A stretch of 64,000 bases of DNA, taken from assembly GCA_045638965.1 (NCBI GenBank), contig JAZUCC010000003.1:65558-129557 (forward strand). Reading direction: 5' to 3'. Under the pieces are notes generated by a model, which saw only the letters and a list, made by a program, of their open reading frames with translations, was not told the origin of the DNA and made no database searches. Source of the stretch: Acutalibacteraceae bacterium. GTDB lineage: Bacteria; Bacillota; Clostridia; Oscillospirales; Acutalibacteraceae. The translations under genes were made by a program, and so were the position numbers. This document shows, piece after piece, positions 16,830-27,047 of the stretch (the stretch's first letter is position 1; every line of letters starts with the position of its first letter).

Positions 16830-17621
16830 ATGTTTGAAATAAAAATGAATGCAAGATATATTGTTCACAGGGGAGACATACCGCTGAAAAAGGCATATTA
16901 TGAGCCGAAGCTGATGCTTTTTGGTGCTGTCGTCTGCTTTCTCACGAGTGCGGGGCTTATTGCGGGAAATGAAAATCTTTTTTTCCGATATTTCCCGTTT
17001 CCTCTTCCCGTTATGTCAGCAATTGTCCTGCTTGCGGGAAGCTGCTTTTTGTATTTTTATTTTTCAGCAAGGCTTTATTTTCTTGCTTTTGTGCTTCATC
17101 TTGCGGATAAGGATTTTTCCCATCCCGCATCGCTTATGAAATTCACTTGTGTGGTGAAATATGGGGCATGCATGCTATGTGTACGCATCATAAGGCTTAT
17201 GTGGCGGTGCCTGTTTTTTTTACCCGCTGCGGTTATCGGGCTTCTTATTGTCCGTACCTTTGAAATGCACGGGCAGATGTCAGCTGTCACACTGCTTTCC
17301 CTTTGTGCCACTTTTTCTGCCCTTTTCATTACAGGTGCGGTGTATTATATTTCTGTACAGGGAAGATACACCATGTGTGAGCTGCTTTTTATACGAAGCC
17401 CCCGTCAGGGAATTTACGGTATTATAAAAAGCTCTGTGCAGATTTTTTCGGGAAATTCCGCTTTTCTTACACTCCTGAGCATACGAAAAAGGGTGTGCAT
17501 CACTCTTCTTGGGAAATGCATATATCCGCTTCTTCTTAAGGATGTTTTCTGCGGAAGAAGGCTTACGGGAAGACCTTCAGAGGGGGAAGCCCTTTATCAG
17601 TCCATGCCCAATGCATTCTGA
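16830..17621 (+). CDS. Hypothetical polytopic membrane protein
   Basis: ORF 16797-17621. The ATG at 16830 follows a GGGGGTGG RBS. Several hydrophobic helices. No family recognised. Confidence 0.45.
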   Translation: MFEIKMNARYIVHRGDIPLKKAYYEPKLMLFGAVVCFLTSAGLIAGNENLFFRYFPFPLPVMSAIVLLAGSCFLYFYFSARLYFLAFVLHLADKDFSHPASLMKFTCVVKYGACMLCVRIIRLMWRCLFFLPAAVIGLLIVRTFEMHGQMSAVTLLSLCATFSALFITGAVYYISVQGRYTMCELLFIRSPRQGIYGIIKSSVQIFSGNSAFLTLLSIRKRVCITLLGKCIYPLLLKDVFCGRRLTGRPSEGEALYQSMPNAF

Positions 17622-18418
17622 AGATTGCGGCCTAAAATACCGTCCTTTGCTTCCTCGGGAATGTCAAGCCTTTCAATTCTGTCAATTGCCTTTTTTATAT
17701 AGTCGGCACGGTTATAGGGGAAATCAAGACCGAAAATACTGCGGGTGTTTCCTGTCTGATGAATTACGGTACGAAGCTCATCATCGGTCAGCGACCACTT
17801 ACCCGGAAGACCGTTTTCACTCATTGCAATTGTGGTCCAGCCCGCAAATACGGTGTCATTATCCGAATTTCTTTCGGCATTGCACATAACTGCAAGCGCC
17901 TCACGGAAGAAGTGATAGCCGCCTATATGCTCCATGCTGAATTTCAGCTCGGGATAGCACCATGCAAGCTCATCAAATAAAAGAAGCTTATAGTCCTTTA
18001 TGGGATGCCAGTGAAAGCCTGTGTGGAAGGAAAGGAAAAGCCCCTCTCTTTCCGCTTTCTTATATACTCTCTGTGCCTTGAAGGACATTACATTTTCACC
18101 CTGGAATGCGGGGTGGATTTTTATTCCCTTAAAGCCGCAGTCAAGCATTTTGTCAATCTGATAATCAACATCATCATCCTCGAAATCAATAGTTCCGAAG
18201 CCTATAAGTGAGGGGTCATCCTTGATTTCGTTGTAAAGCCAGTCAATTCTGTCTCCGGGAAGCCCCGAGCGCGCAAACTGATCCTTGAAGCAGGTGAAGC
18301 AGACTGCCTTTTCAATACCGCACTCCGCCATTAATTCTTTAAGGTCCTGTACTGTAGCACCCGGTTTTGATTTTTCGGGAAAAACATGGGCATGATTCGC
18401 CCAGATATGCTCTCTCAT
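17597..18418 (-). CDS. Amidohydrolase-2 family metal-dependent hydrolase (TIM barrel)
   Basis: The ATG at 18418 follows GGAGG. N-terminal metal motif HAHVF, and later GFKGIKIHP and FGLDFPY, typical of the family. Confidence 0.7.
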   Translation of the reverse strand: MREHIWANHAHVFPEKSKPGATVQDLKELMAECGIEKAVCFTCFKDQFARSGLPGDRIDWLYNEIKDDPSLIGFGTIDFEDDDVDYQIDKMLDCGFKGIKIHPAFQGENVMSFKAQRVYKKAEREGLFLSFHTGFHWHPIKDYKLLLFDELAWCYPELKFSMEHIGGYHFFREALAVMCNAERNSDNDTVFAGWTTIAMSENGLPGKWSLTDDELRTVIHQTGNTRSIFGLDFPYNRADYIKKAIDRIERLDIPEEAKDGILGRNLQNALGMD

Positions 18419-18465
18419 AAATACCTCCTGAGCATAATTCAGCACAACTGAATTATGACTTATAC

Positions 18466-20184
18466 TTATATACGTATAATTTCTACGCTATCACATTCCT
18501 CGCCTGCGGAAACCTCAATTGTGTTGATATCCTTTTTGAGCTTCAGCTGGCGGAATACATAAACACCGTCGGTGATTTTTTCAGCCTTGTGCTTTTTGTC
18601 CTTGCCGTTGACTAAAATGCGCAGATTCTGGCAGTTTGTAATGCACTTTATGTCAATGAATTTATCAAAGGTCTCGTATGTGTCAAGCTCGCAGATTTTT
18701 ATGAAGCCCTTAACGGAGAACTGTGATTTATAGTACCAGAAAATATCGTAAAAGCGTGTTCTGTCACTGCTTATAAGGCCTCTTTTTGAATTGATTGCCT
18801 TTCCGTCACTGAGCAGTCCTCCGAAAAAGGCAACAATTTTCTGTCTGCAGAAGGTATTCCACATTCTTATGTGCCATTCACCCAGCTCCTCGGGAGTCTT
18901 ATCAGCCTTGTCGGGGCTTTCGGGAAGAACCGCAAAGCATTTGTCTGGATTGCTTTCCTGTAAATGTGAGAATCTGCCGTTGAAGGTGATGAAGGATTCG
19001 GGTGCACTTGTGCAGGGAATACGCAGAAGCACTGCCCTTGCCTTTTCGGGAACAGACTCGTCGTTGTCCTCAATGTCCTTTTCAAGGATGCTTATAAGGT
19101 CGGGGGCAAGCTTCTCAAGCAGAGAAGACATTTCGTTGAAATATGCATGGTCGCCCCTTTTGTCGAATACAACTGCGCAAAGGGAGGGATGATTTTTATA
19201 AAGTGCAATAAATTCCTTAAGGTGGGCTTTGTCGGTTTCGGTGTCGCCCGAGAAGGGAAGCATGAACCAGAAAAGCATGCCCGCATTGTCACAAACGGAA
19301 AGAAGATTTGTCTTTGACGGAAGAAGTGAGGACATCAGAAGATTACCGTCAAGCTTTTTCAGGTTTTCCATGTCACTTTTCACCGATGAGCAGTCGGTAA
19401 GCACCACACCGCTCAGGGGAAGCTTGAAGCCGTTGAGATATAAAAAGCCGTCAGCACCAAGCTGTGTTTCTCTTATGCCGAATACGGTCTCCACCTTATC
19501 AAGGCACTGTGAGTCACGGAGAAGCTTTGCTTCAAGTGTATAGGTGAATGCACCGCTCTGACCGTCCCACAGCTCATGGGCGGGAATGTCAATCACGGTG
19601 TCGGGGGAGGTGGGCTTGCAGGTTTTTGAAGCCACCGTGTCACCCTTCATGCCGTAAACAGTATAGGAAATAACATCATAATTGTTGGGACGGATAATAT
19701 TTGTTTTTATTTTAAGCTGTGCACCGCTTTTTTTATTTTCGGCAACCACATCAATTCCCCTGCCGAAATCGGTCATGTTGAAATGTGAGGAATCAACAAC
19801 AATGAGATTCACACCCGCAAAGGAAAAAAGACCGTCCTTACGGGGTGCGGGAGTAACCTTTACGCATATATCATAGGTTTCGTCAATTTTTGCATCAATT
19901 GTAAGCTGTGTGCGGAAGCTGCAGCTGCCCGATGAATGGGTGCAGAGAAGTCTGCCGCCGCTGTAAACCTCTGCCTTGCCGCTTATCTGTGAAAATTCAA
20001 GATAAACAGTCTTTCCCTCATGCTCCTCCCCGGCAGTCCAGCTTGTTATGAAGCTGCCCGTGGGCATTGTGTCAATGCTGTGGAAAAAGGGGAGATTCAC
20101 CGAGGAATCGGAAACGGGCTTCTCATCGTTTACACAGTCTGCACTGAAAAGCCAGCCTTTGTTGAGTTCAATTATATTTCTCAT
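18466..20184 (-). CDS. Glycoside hydrolase family 2-like protein (possibly catalytically degenerate)
   Basis: GH2-style N-terminus MRNIIELNKGWLF and sugar-binding/Ig-like regions. KNHPSL...FNE is present, but I could not find a clear nucleophile-Glu motif. Confidence 0.55.
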   Translation of the reverse strand: MRNIIELNKGWLFSADCVNDEKPVSDSSVNLPFFHSIDTMPTGSFITSWTAGEEHEGKTVYLEFSQISGKAEVYSGGRLLCTHSSGSCSFRTQLTIDAKIDETYDICVKVTPAPRKDGLFSFAGVNLIVVDSSHFNMTDFGRGIDVVAENKKSGAQLKIKTNIIRPNNYDVISYTVYGMKGDTVASKTCKPTSPDTVIDIPAHELWDGQSGAFTYTLEAKLLRDSQCLDKVETVFGIRETQLGADGFLYLNGFKLPLSGVVLTDCSSVKSDMENLKKLDGNLLMSSLLPSKTNLLSVCDNAGMLFWFMLPFSGDTETDKAHLKEFIALYKNHPSLCAVVFDKRGDHAYFNEMSSLLEKLAPDLISILEKDIEDNDESVPEKARAVLLRIPCTSAPESFITFNGRFSHLQESNPDKCFAVLPESPDKADKTPEELGEWHIRMWNTFCRQKIVAFFGGLLSDGKAINSKRGLISSDRTRFYDIFWYYKSQFSVKGFIKICELDTYETFDKFIDIKCITNCQNLRILVNGKDKKHKAEKITDGVYVFRQLKLKKDINTIEVSAGEECDSVEIIRI

Positions 20185-20188
20185 AAGC

Positions 20189-20956
20189 TTACACCTTCAA
20201 GTCAATTATAAGTTCTACGGGGCAGTGGTCGGAGCCGAAAATTTCCTGATGGATTGATGCCGACGAAAGCTTTTCATCAAGTGCCTTTGAGGTCACAAAA
20301 TAGTCAATTCTCCAGCCTGCATTGTTCGCTCTTGCATTATAGCGGTAGGACCACCATGAATATTCTGCCTCTTTATCGGGGTAGAAATAGCGGAAGGTAT
20401 CAGTAAAGCCCGAATTGAGAAGGGTGGTGAATTTTTCTCTTTCCTCATCCGTAAAGCCCGCCTTACCGCGGTTTGGCTTGGGATTTTTAAGGTCAATTTC
20501 CTTGTGTGCCACATTAAGGTCACCGCAGAAAATAACAGGCCTTGTCTCTTCAAGTCTTTTAAGATGCTTAAGAAAGGCATCCTCCCAGTCCTGTCTGTAT
20601 GAAAGCCTTGAAAGGTCCTCCTTTGCATTGGGAGTGTAAACCGTTACAAGGTGAAATCCGGGGTAGGTGAGTGTAATTACTCTGCCCTCATTATCAAATT
20701 CGGGGACACCTATTCCGTAGGATACATTTTCGGGTGTGTGGCGGGTGAAAATTGCAGTACCCGAATAGCCCTTCTTTTCTGCATAATTCCAGTAGCTTTC
20801 ATAGCCCTCAAAGGTAAGGTCTATCTGTCCTGCCTGAAGCTTTGTTTCCTGAAGACAGAAAAAATCTGCCTGAAGCTCCCTGAAAGCCTCGGGAAATATT
20901 CCTTTATTTGTTACGGCTCTGAGGCCGTTTACATTCCAAGATATAAATTTCAGCAT
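20189..20956 (-). CDS. xth: Exodeoxyribonuclease III
   Basis: MLKFISWNVNGLRA, CLQETK, GDLNVAH and SDHCPV motifs of the EEP/ExoIII family. Confidence 0.9.
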   Translation of the reverse strand: MLKFISWNVNGLRAVTNKGIFPEAFRELQADFFCLQETKLQAGQIDLTFEGYESYWNYAEKKGYSGTAIFTRHTPENVSYGIGVPEFDNEGRVITLTYPGFHLVTVYTPNAKEDLSRLSYRQDWEDAFLKHLKRLEETRPVIFCGDLNVAHKEIDLKNPKPNRGKAGFTDEEREKFTTLLNSGFTDTFRYFYPDKEAEYSWWSYRYNARANNAGWRIDYFVTSKALDEKLSSASIHQEIFGSDHCPVELIIDLKV

Positions 20957-21125
20957 ATATTGTTCTCCGACAAGTTAAAGTTAATTTAATTGTATCATAT
21001 TATAATAAGAATAGCAATAAATTTCGGACGCGTAAAGGTTAATTTTGACACTTGAAACAAAGTGCGATATATGGTATTATAAATCGGTATTCCCTCATTT
21101 TATAAAGACAGGCAGGTGACAGGAC

Positions 21126-22814
21126 ATGTATGGCGGAAATTCCGTTTTTTCTTCATTTTTTAATATGATTTCCGCTTTCGGCGAGGTATATTCCGAGGCG
21201 GTTATTATGTTCTGCAATTCTGTTTTCATCCGTCCCCTGCTTTTTATTTTCAGAAGAATAAAAAGATTTCTGCGCTTTTTCTTCCGCCTTGTCGTAATGT
21301 TCTTTTCTCCTGCAGGCGTACCTTCACGTGATTATGCCGATGATGTGACAAGAGCGGGAAAGCAGTGCCTGAAAACACTTTTCACTCATCCCTTCTCATT
21401 GCCCTCGGTTCTTTTTTACTATATGAAAAAGGCGGCGGGACGCTATGAGTTTTCCTTGAAAAATATGGCATTGTGGGTGCTTCCCCTTGTGCTTGCCCTT
21501 GTACTTACTGCAGGTGCGGGAGTCATGTCACACAAAACTCTGTGCCTTGAAATTTCCGCAGACGGAGAAACTCTCGGCTATGTTACAGACGAAAATGCAT
21601 ATATAGAAGCAAAAAACAGTGCAAGACAGAAGCTTTCCTTTGCGGGAAAGCAGGCGGAGCTTCCCGCGGTTTCCTATTCACTTGCCATTACGGATAAAAG
21701 CCGTGTTACCGATAATGAAAGTCTTTGCGATGTGCTTGTTGAAAAAAGCGGTACTGCCGCATCGGATGCATGCGGAGTGTTTATTGACGGTGAGCTTTTT
21801 GCAGTTATCGGCAGTGAAGAGGAGGGCAGAAGCGTACTCGATAAAATACTGTCCTCTTACGAAAGTGAAGAAAAATTTGTTGTTTCCTTTGCTGAAGAAA
21901 TTGAATTCCGACAGGGACTTTACACTGCGGACAGTGTAATTACAAAAAATGAATTTGAAAAGGCTCTTCTTCAGGGCGAAAAGACAGTCGCTTCATATAT
22001 TGTCCTTGAAAATGATACAATGCTAAGCATTGCTTCGGCACATTCAATGACCATTGAGCAGCTTTATGAATTGAATTCACTTGATGAGGAAAGCAGTCTT
22101 CAGGCAGGGCAGCTTCTTAATGTATATGAAACCGCAGCCTCACTTACGATAAAAGAGGTAAAGGCGGAGATTACCGCACAAGAGGTTGATTACGAAAAGA
22201 TAGAAATAAAAACAAATGCTCTTTACAGCGGTACCTCCCGTGTGCTTTTAGAGGGTAAAAAGGGCTATGACCAGGTAACAAGCCTTGTGACTTATATCGG
22301 CGGAGAAAAGACCTCGGTGACCGAGGCGGGCCGCCTTACAGTGTCAAAGCCTGTTGCCGAAAGAATACAGGTAGGCACAAAGCCCCTTGACGAGGCATAT
22401 TCAAACTCAATGGGCGGCATTTTCCTGTGGCCCATTATCGGTGCATACGGAATAAATTCCGACTACGGCTGGCGCTGGGGTAAGCTTCATGCAGGCATTG
22501 ACCTTGGCATGGGAAATGAGCCGGGTACAAGTCTCGGTAAAACAATTATAGCGGTGGCACAGGGTACGGTAATTGTTGCGGGTACACATTCAAGCTACGG
22601 CTACTATGTAATAATCGATCACGGCGGCGGACTGCAGACTCTTTATGCACACTGCCTTGCAAATTCTCTTATGGTAGTTCCGGGGCAGATTGTTGCCGCG
22701 GGTGAGCCTATTGCCCGTGTCGGCTCAACAGGCTATTCAACAGGTCCTCACCTTCATTTTGAGGTAAGAGTAAACGGTAACCGTGTAAATCCCAGACCGT
22801 ATTTAGGAATATAA
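21126..22814 (+). CDS. M23 family metallopeptidase with LysM and G5-like domains
   Basis: LysM (YIVLENDTMLSIASAHSMTIEQLYELN), a G5-like segment (EVDYEKIEIKTNALYSG...IQVGTK), and M23 motifs HAGIDLG and GPHLHFEV. Confidence 0.85.
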   Translation: MYGGNSVFSSFFNMISAFGEVYSEAVIMFCNSVFIRPLLFIFRRIKRFLRFFFRLVVMFFSPAGVPSRDYADDVTRAGKQCLKTLFTHPFSLPSVLFYYMKKAAGRYEFSLKNMALWVLPLVLALVLTAGAGVMSHKTLCLEISADGETLGYVTDENAYIEAKNSARQKLSFAGKQAELPAVSYSLAITDKSRVTDNESLCDVLVEKSGTAASDACGVFIDGELFAVIGSEEEGRSVLDKILSSYESEEKFVVSFAEEIEFRQGLYTADSVITKNEFEKALLQGEKTVASYIVLENDTMLSIASAHSMTIEQLYELNSLDEESSLQAGQLLNVYETAASLTIKEVKAEITAQEVDYEKIEIKTNALYSGTSRVLLEGKKGYDQVTSLVTYIGGEKTSVTEAGRLTVSKPVAERIQVGTKPLDEAYSNSMGGIFLWPIIGAYGINSDYGWRWGKLHAGIDLGMGNEPGTSLGKTIIAVAQGTVIVAGTHSSYGYYVIIDHGGGLQTLYAHCLANSLMVVPGQIVAAGEPIARVGSTGYSTGPHLHFEVRVNGNRVNPRPYLGI

Positions 22815-22830
22815 GAACGGAGATATAATA

Positions 22831-23655
22831 ATGGATTCAATGAGAAGAGAAGACAATCCCCTTCTTGATAATGCCGGTATTTACAGAGAACAGCTTGAAG
22901 CAAGAATGAGACAGGAAAGAAAGAACAGATTCAGCTTTGTTTTCGGTCTTCTTACGGTGATTTTTTCACTTATCGGTTTTTTCGGCTGTATTCTTTTCGG
23001 TATAAATTTCTTCAGGGAAAAAACTCTTGAAAAGAAAACACAGGATTTTGAAAGCTATAATGAGCTGCTTGTGGCTGTTGCTGCGGTTGACCCCGCCCCC
23101 TTTGATGATATCACGGGTGCTGCCATGGAGGAGCTTATAGAAATTGCGGTGTGGAGCATTATAGGTGCAGACCTCGAGCCTGATAAATATGACTATTCCT
23201 CGGGTGAGCTTGCAATTCCCGTGGGTGAGGTTGAAACGGCATATACAAAATATTTCGGTACGGACAAGCCTATTGTCCACACAAGTGTAACAGGCTACGG
23301 CTATGAATTTTCATATAATGCGGAGCTTGGCTGCTACTATATCCCCCTTACAACCATTGAACCCTTCTATACGCCCGATGTTACCGAGGCACAGGTAAAG
23401 GGTGACACAGTAACACTTACCGTCGGACTTATCAATGCAAATGCATGGAAGCAGGACTCAAAAACAGGTGCAGTATCAAAGCCCGACCCCGATAAATTCA
23501 TAAAGGTAACAATGAGAAGCTCGGGCTCAGCCTCATATATCGGTGCAATAAGAACCTCGGCACTGCCCGAAACCGCTCTTGTGCAGGTGTTCACAACAAA
23601 TGCACCCGAAGAAACAACCGTTGCCGAGGAGACCACAGCGGCAGCAGTGCAATAA
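22831..23655 (+). CDS. N-terminally membrane-anchored hypothetical protein with a Thr/Ala/Glu-rich C-terminus
   Basis: GGAG RBS, a single TM (FSFVFGLLTVIFSLIGFFGCILFGINFF), and the end ...APEETTVAEETTAAAVQ. Confidence 0.6.
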   Translation: MDSMRREDNPLLDNAGIYREQLEARMRQERKNRFSFVFGLLTVIFSLIGFFGCILFGINFFREKTLEKKTQDFESYNELLVAVAAVDPAPFDDITGAAMEELIEIAVWSIIGADLEPDKYDYSSGELAIPVGEVETAYTKYFGTDKPIVHTSVTGYGYEFSYNAELGCYYIPLTTIEPFYTPDVTEAQVKGDTVTLTVGLINANAWKQDSKTGAVSKPDPDKFIKVTMRSSGSASYIGAIRTSALPETALVQVFTTNAPEETTVAEETTAAAVQ

Positions 23656-23661
23656 AAATTT

Positions 23662-23695
23662 CCCCACGGATTTTTCCGTGGGGATTAATTTTTTT
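23662..23695. terminator. Bidirectional terminator
   Basis: CCCCACGGA-tttt-TCCGTGGGG with flanking A and T runs, between convergent genes. Confidence 0.75.
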
Positions 23696-24551
23696 ATTCA
23701 GCCTTAAGTGTCACGAAAATAAGCTCGGGACGATTATTTATTCTTATGGGGAAGGAGCTGTTTCCTATGCCTCGGCTCACAACCATGGTTGTGCCGTCCT
23801 CGGTGTGAACACCCTGCCAGTACTTGGGGAAGAAGCCCTCGGTGGGCATGTAAAGTCCTCCAAGCCCCGGAATCACAAACTGTCCGCCGTGAAGATGTCC
23901 CGAAAATACCATGTCCTGTTGCTTTTCTGTGTAAACAGAGAAAAGCTCGGGTCGGTGCGACAGTGTGATAGTAAACAGGCTTCTGTTATAGTCTATTTCA
24001 TCAAGCACCCGTGCCGCTACAAGATATTTATTTTCCTTGCCGTAAAAGGTTGCATCATCAGCACCTATTATATTTATCTGACTGTTGCCTCTGCTGATGG
24101 TCTCGCAGGAATTGCGAAGCACATGCACTCCGATTTCGCGAAGCTCCTCTTCAAAGGGCTCATATATCTCGGGGATTCTTGCCTCATGGTTACCGGGGGC
24201 AAAATATACGGGTGCTATGGCAACAAGCTCTTTTGCAAATTCAAGGGAAATTTCAGGCTTTGGCCGTCTTGAATCTATAAAATCTCCCGTGAGTACAATT
24301 ATTTCGGGCATAAGCTCCTTAATTGCAGCAAGAACACTTTCACGCAGAAATTCCGAGCGGGGGTTATGAAAATCGGAAACCTGCGCAACCGTAAGCCCGT
24401 CGAATTCCTCGGGAAGCTTGCCGTGTGTGATTTCATATTCCGTCACAGTCAGCATGTTGTTCTGATAAATACAGTAAACGGAAAACAGAACAAGAAAAAC
24501 GAAGGTAAGCACGGAAAGTGCGATTTTTTTGTTTTTTGAAAGCGTTTTCAT
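23694..24551 (-). CDS. Membrane-anchored metallophosphoesterase (YkuE/calcineurin-like)
   Basis: VSDFH, LTGDFID, GNHE and SGHLHGG motifs. Its start overlaps the nadC stop (TGATG). Confidence 0.8.
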   Translation of the reverse strand: MKTLSKNKKIALSVLTFVFLVLFSVYCIYQNNMLTVTEYEITHGKLPEEFDGLTVAQVSDFHNPRSEFLRESVLAAIKELMPEIIVLTGDFIDSRRPKPEISLEFAKELVAIAPVYFAPGNHEARIPEIYEPFEEELREIGVHVLRNSCETISRGNSQINIIGADDATFYGKENKYLVAARVLDEIDYNRSLFTITLSHRPELFSVYTEKQQDMVFSGHLHGGQFVIPGLGGLYMPTEGFFPKYWQGVHTEDGTTMVVSRGIGNSSFPIRINNRPELIFVTLKAE

Positions 24552-25387
24552 CAGTCAATTCTCATTGAGATATCAAATGCCTGTACGGAGTGAGTGAGAG
24601 CTCCCATGGAAATGATATCAACACCTGAAAGTGCCTTTTCTTTTATGTTTTCTGCGGTGATGTTGCCCGAAGCCTCTGTAAGAGCTCTGCCGTCGATGTA
24701 ATCAACTGCTTCCTTCATCTGTGAAGCGGTCATATTGTCAAGCATAATGATGTCTGCACCCGCAGAAACTGCTTCTTTTACCTCGTCCATGTTGCGGGTT
24801 TCAACCTCAATTTTTACGGTGTGACCGATTTTTTCACGAAGAGCCTTTACCGTTGCGGTGATGCCGCCGCCTGCATCAATGTGATTATCCTTGAGCATTG
24901 CGCAGTCGGAAAGATTGAAGCGGTGATTCTTGCCGCCGCCGCAGGTAACTGCATATTTCTGAATTGCACGAAGTCCCGGAAGAGTCTTTCTTGTATCTGC
25001 AATGCTTACATTTGTACCCTTTACAAGCTCAACGCATTCATTTGTAGCCGAAGCAATGCCCGACATGTGCTGTAAAAGGTTAAGGGCAGTTCTTTCACCC
25101 TGTAAAAGCATGGATGCCCTGCCCTTCATTGTTGCAATGAGGTCACCCTTCTCAATTCTGTCACCGTCTTTTTTGTAAAGGGTATAGTCAACATCGGGAT
25201 CAAGCAGTGTGAACACACGCATGGCAACCTCAATGCCGCAAAGCACACCCTCTGCCTTTGAAATGAATTTTGCTGTTGTCAGAGTATCCTCGGGAATAAC
25301 ATAAGCCGTTGCGGTATCAAGATAGTTTATGTCTTCCTTAAGGGCATTTTTTATAATATCGTCAATATAAAACTGGGGTAAAAGCAT
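24551..25387 (-). CDS. nadC: Nicotinate-nucleotide pyrophosphorylase (carboxylating)
   Basis: ORF 24551-25453. The likely start is MLLPQFYIDDIIKNALKEDI at 25387, after AAAGGAG. Has the TRKT..GLR and DNHI regions of QPRTase. Confidence 0.9.
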   Translation of the reverse strand: MLLPQFYIDDIIKNALKEDINYLDTATAYVIPEDTLTTAKFISKAEGVLCGIEVAMRVFTLLDPDVDYTLYKKDGDRIEKGDLIATMKGRASMLLQGERTALNLLQHMSGIASATNECVELVKGTNVSIADTRKTLPGLRAIQKYAVTCGGGKNHRFNLSDCAMLKDNHIDAGGGITATVKALREKIGHTVKIEVETRNMDEVKEAVSAGADIIMLDNMTASQMKEAVDYIDGRALTEASGNITAENIKEKALSGVDIISMGALTHSVQAFDISMRID

Positions 25388-25568
25388 GATATTTTTTCTC
25401 CTTTTGTTTTTTTCCGTAATGGCTGTAAAATGAAGCCGTTTGACGAAAAACAAGCGCCTTAAAACTGTTTGCGTGGCAATAATAACAGATTTTAATAAAT
25501 GCCTGTTTGTGTCTCAATCCAAACATTTCTGACCGTGCGTCAAAGACGTCGGTTTGTGACACTTTGCA

Positions 25569-27035
25569 CTATATGTTTTCTTCTGCTTCTTTTAAGATAA
25601 TGTATGCGCAGGTTGCAAGGGAAAGTGCTTCAAGGTACTTTGTTGTGTGGGCATATTTTGCGCCCTTGAGTCTTTTTAAGATGTTGTCAATCTGCTTGAG
25701 ACCGAAGCGGATTGCACCTGCATCGGGAAGCACGAAATATGCGCTTTGCATAATGCTTCTGATTTCCGTGCGAAGCCCTTCGGGAAGGGGAGCACCCGAA
25801 AAATCAAGGCTTACGGGAAGCTCGCTTACCTTTGCAAAGCCGTTTGCCATGCATCTTTTTATATCCTCTGCAGCTCTTCTTGAAAATACGAGTGCTTCAA
25901 GAAGAGAATTACTTGCAAGTCTGTTCTTTCCGTGAACACCCGTGTTTGCACATTCACCGCAGGCATAAAGGCGGGGAACAGTGGTCTTTGAGTCAATGTC
26001 AACCTCAATTCCGCCCATAAGGTAGTGCTGACAGGGGAAAACGGGGATAAGGTCCTTTGTGATGTCAACTCCGTACTGTGCACAGCCCTCGGAGATTGCA
26101 GGGAAGCGTTCTCTTAAGAAATCCGCATCCTCATGTGTGATATCAAGGTAGAAATTATTACTGCCCGTGCGTCTGCTTTCAAGAATAATTGACTTTGAAA
26201 CAACATCACGGGGGGCTAATTCAAGTCGGTCGTCATATCTGTCCATGAAGCGCTGCTTGTGGCAGTTGAGAAGATATGCACCCTCGCCTCTTACGGATTC
26301 GCTTATAAGGAACTGCTCGCCGTTTTCGGAGTTGAAGGCAGTGGGATGGAACTGAATGTAGCTTAAGGTTTTTATTTTTGCACCAAGCTCATAAGCAATT
26401 CTGATGCCGTCGCCCGTTGCGGATTTCGGGTTTGTGGTGTATTTATATACACGACCCACACCGCCTGTGCAGAGCATGCAGTAGCTGCAGAAAACACTGT
26501 AATATTCACCGTCCTGCAGAAGGTCGGCACGGAAGCCGCTTCTGACACGTACAAGACGTACAAGCACGGTGTTTTCCTTATATATGATGTTTTCCCTTTT
26601 CTCAACCTCCTGAAGAAGTCCTCTTACCATTTCCGCACCTGTGCAGTCCTTGTAGTGAACAATTCTTCTCTTGCAGTGACCACCCTCAAGAGTCATGTCA
26701 AGCCCGCCCTCGGCATTTCTGTCGAAGCGCACACCCATTTCCATGATTTTTCTTACATCGTCGGGGCCCTCGCTTACAAGCACCTCAACGCTTTCGGGGT
26801 CGTTTTCGTGGCGCCCTGCAATAAAGGTATCCTTTATATGAAGCTCAAAGCTGTCATCCTCAAGGTTGAGCACCGCCGCAACACCGCCCTGTGCAAGGTT
26901 GGAGTTTGAGGTGGTCTTTGAATACTTTGAAAGTATCATAACGCTTGTGTCTGCATCAAACTGAAGCGCGCCGTACATACCGGCAATGCCCGAGCCTACA
27001 ACAAGCACATCAACAACAGTTGTCTTGTTTTCCAT
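25569..27035 (-). CDS. nadB: L-aspartate oxidase
   Basis: FAD motif VLVVGSGIAGM, and QFHPT and GECANTGVHGKNRLASNSLLE typical of NadB. Confidence 0.9.
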   Translation of the reverse strand: MENKTTVVDVLVVGSGIAGMYGALQFDADTSVMILSKYSKTTSNSNLAQGGVAAVLNLEDDSFELHIKDTFIAGRHENDPESVEVLVSEGPDDVRKIMEMGVRFDRNAEGGLDMTLEGGHCKRRIVHYKDCTGAEMVRGLLQEVEKRENIIYKENTVLVRLVRVRSGFRADLLQDGEYYSVFCSYCMLCTGGVGRVYKYTTNPKSATGDGIRIAYELGAKIKTLSYIQFHPTAFNSENGEQFLISESVRGEGAYLLNCHKQRFMDRYDDRLELAPRDVVSKSIILESRRTGSNNFYLDITHEDADFLRERFPAISEGCAQYGVDITKDLIPVFPCQHYLMGGIEVDIDSKTTVPRLYACGECANTGVHGKNRLASNSLLEALVFSRRAAEDIKRCMANGFAKVSELPVSLDFSGAPLPEGLRTEIRSIMQSAYFVLPDAGAIRFGLKQIDNILKRLKGAKYAHTTKYLEALSLATCAYIILKEAEENI

Positions 27036-27047
27036 ATTATCAGCTCC

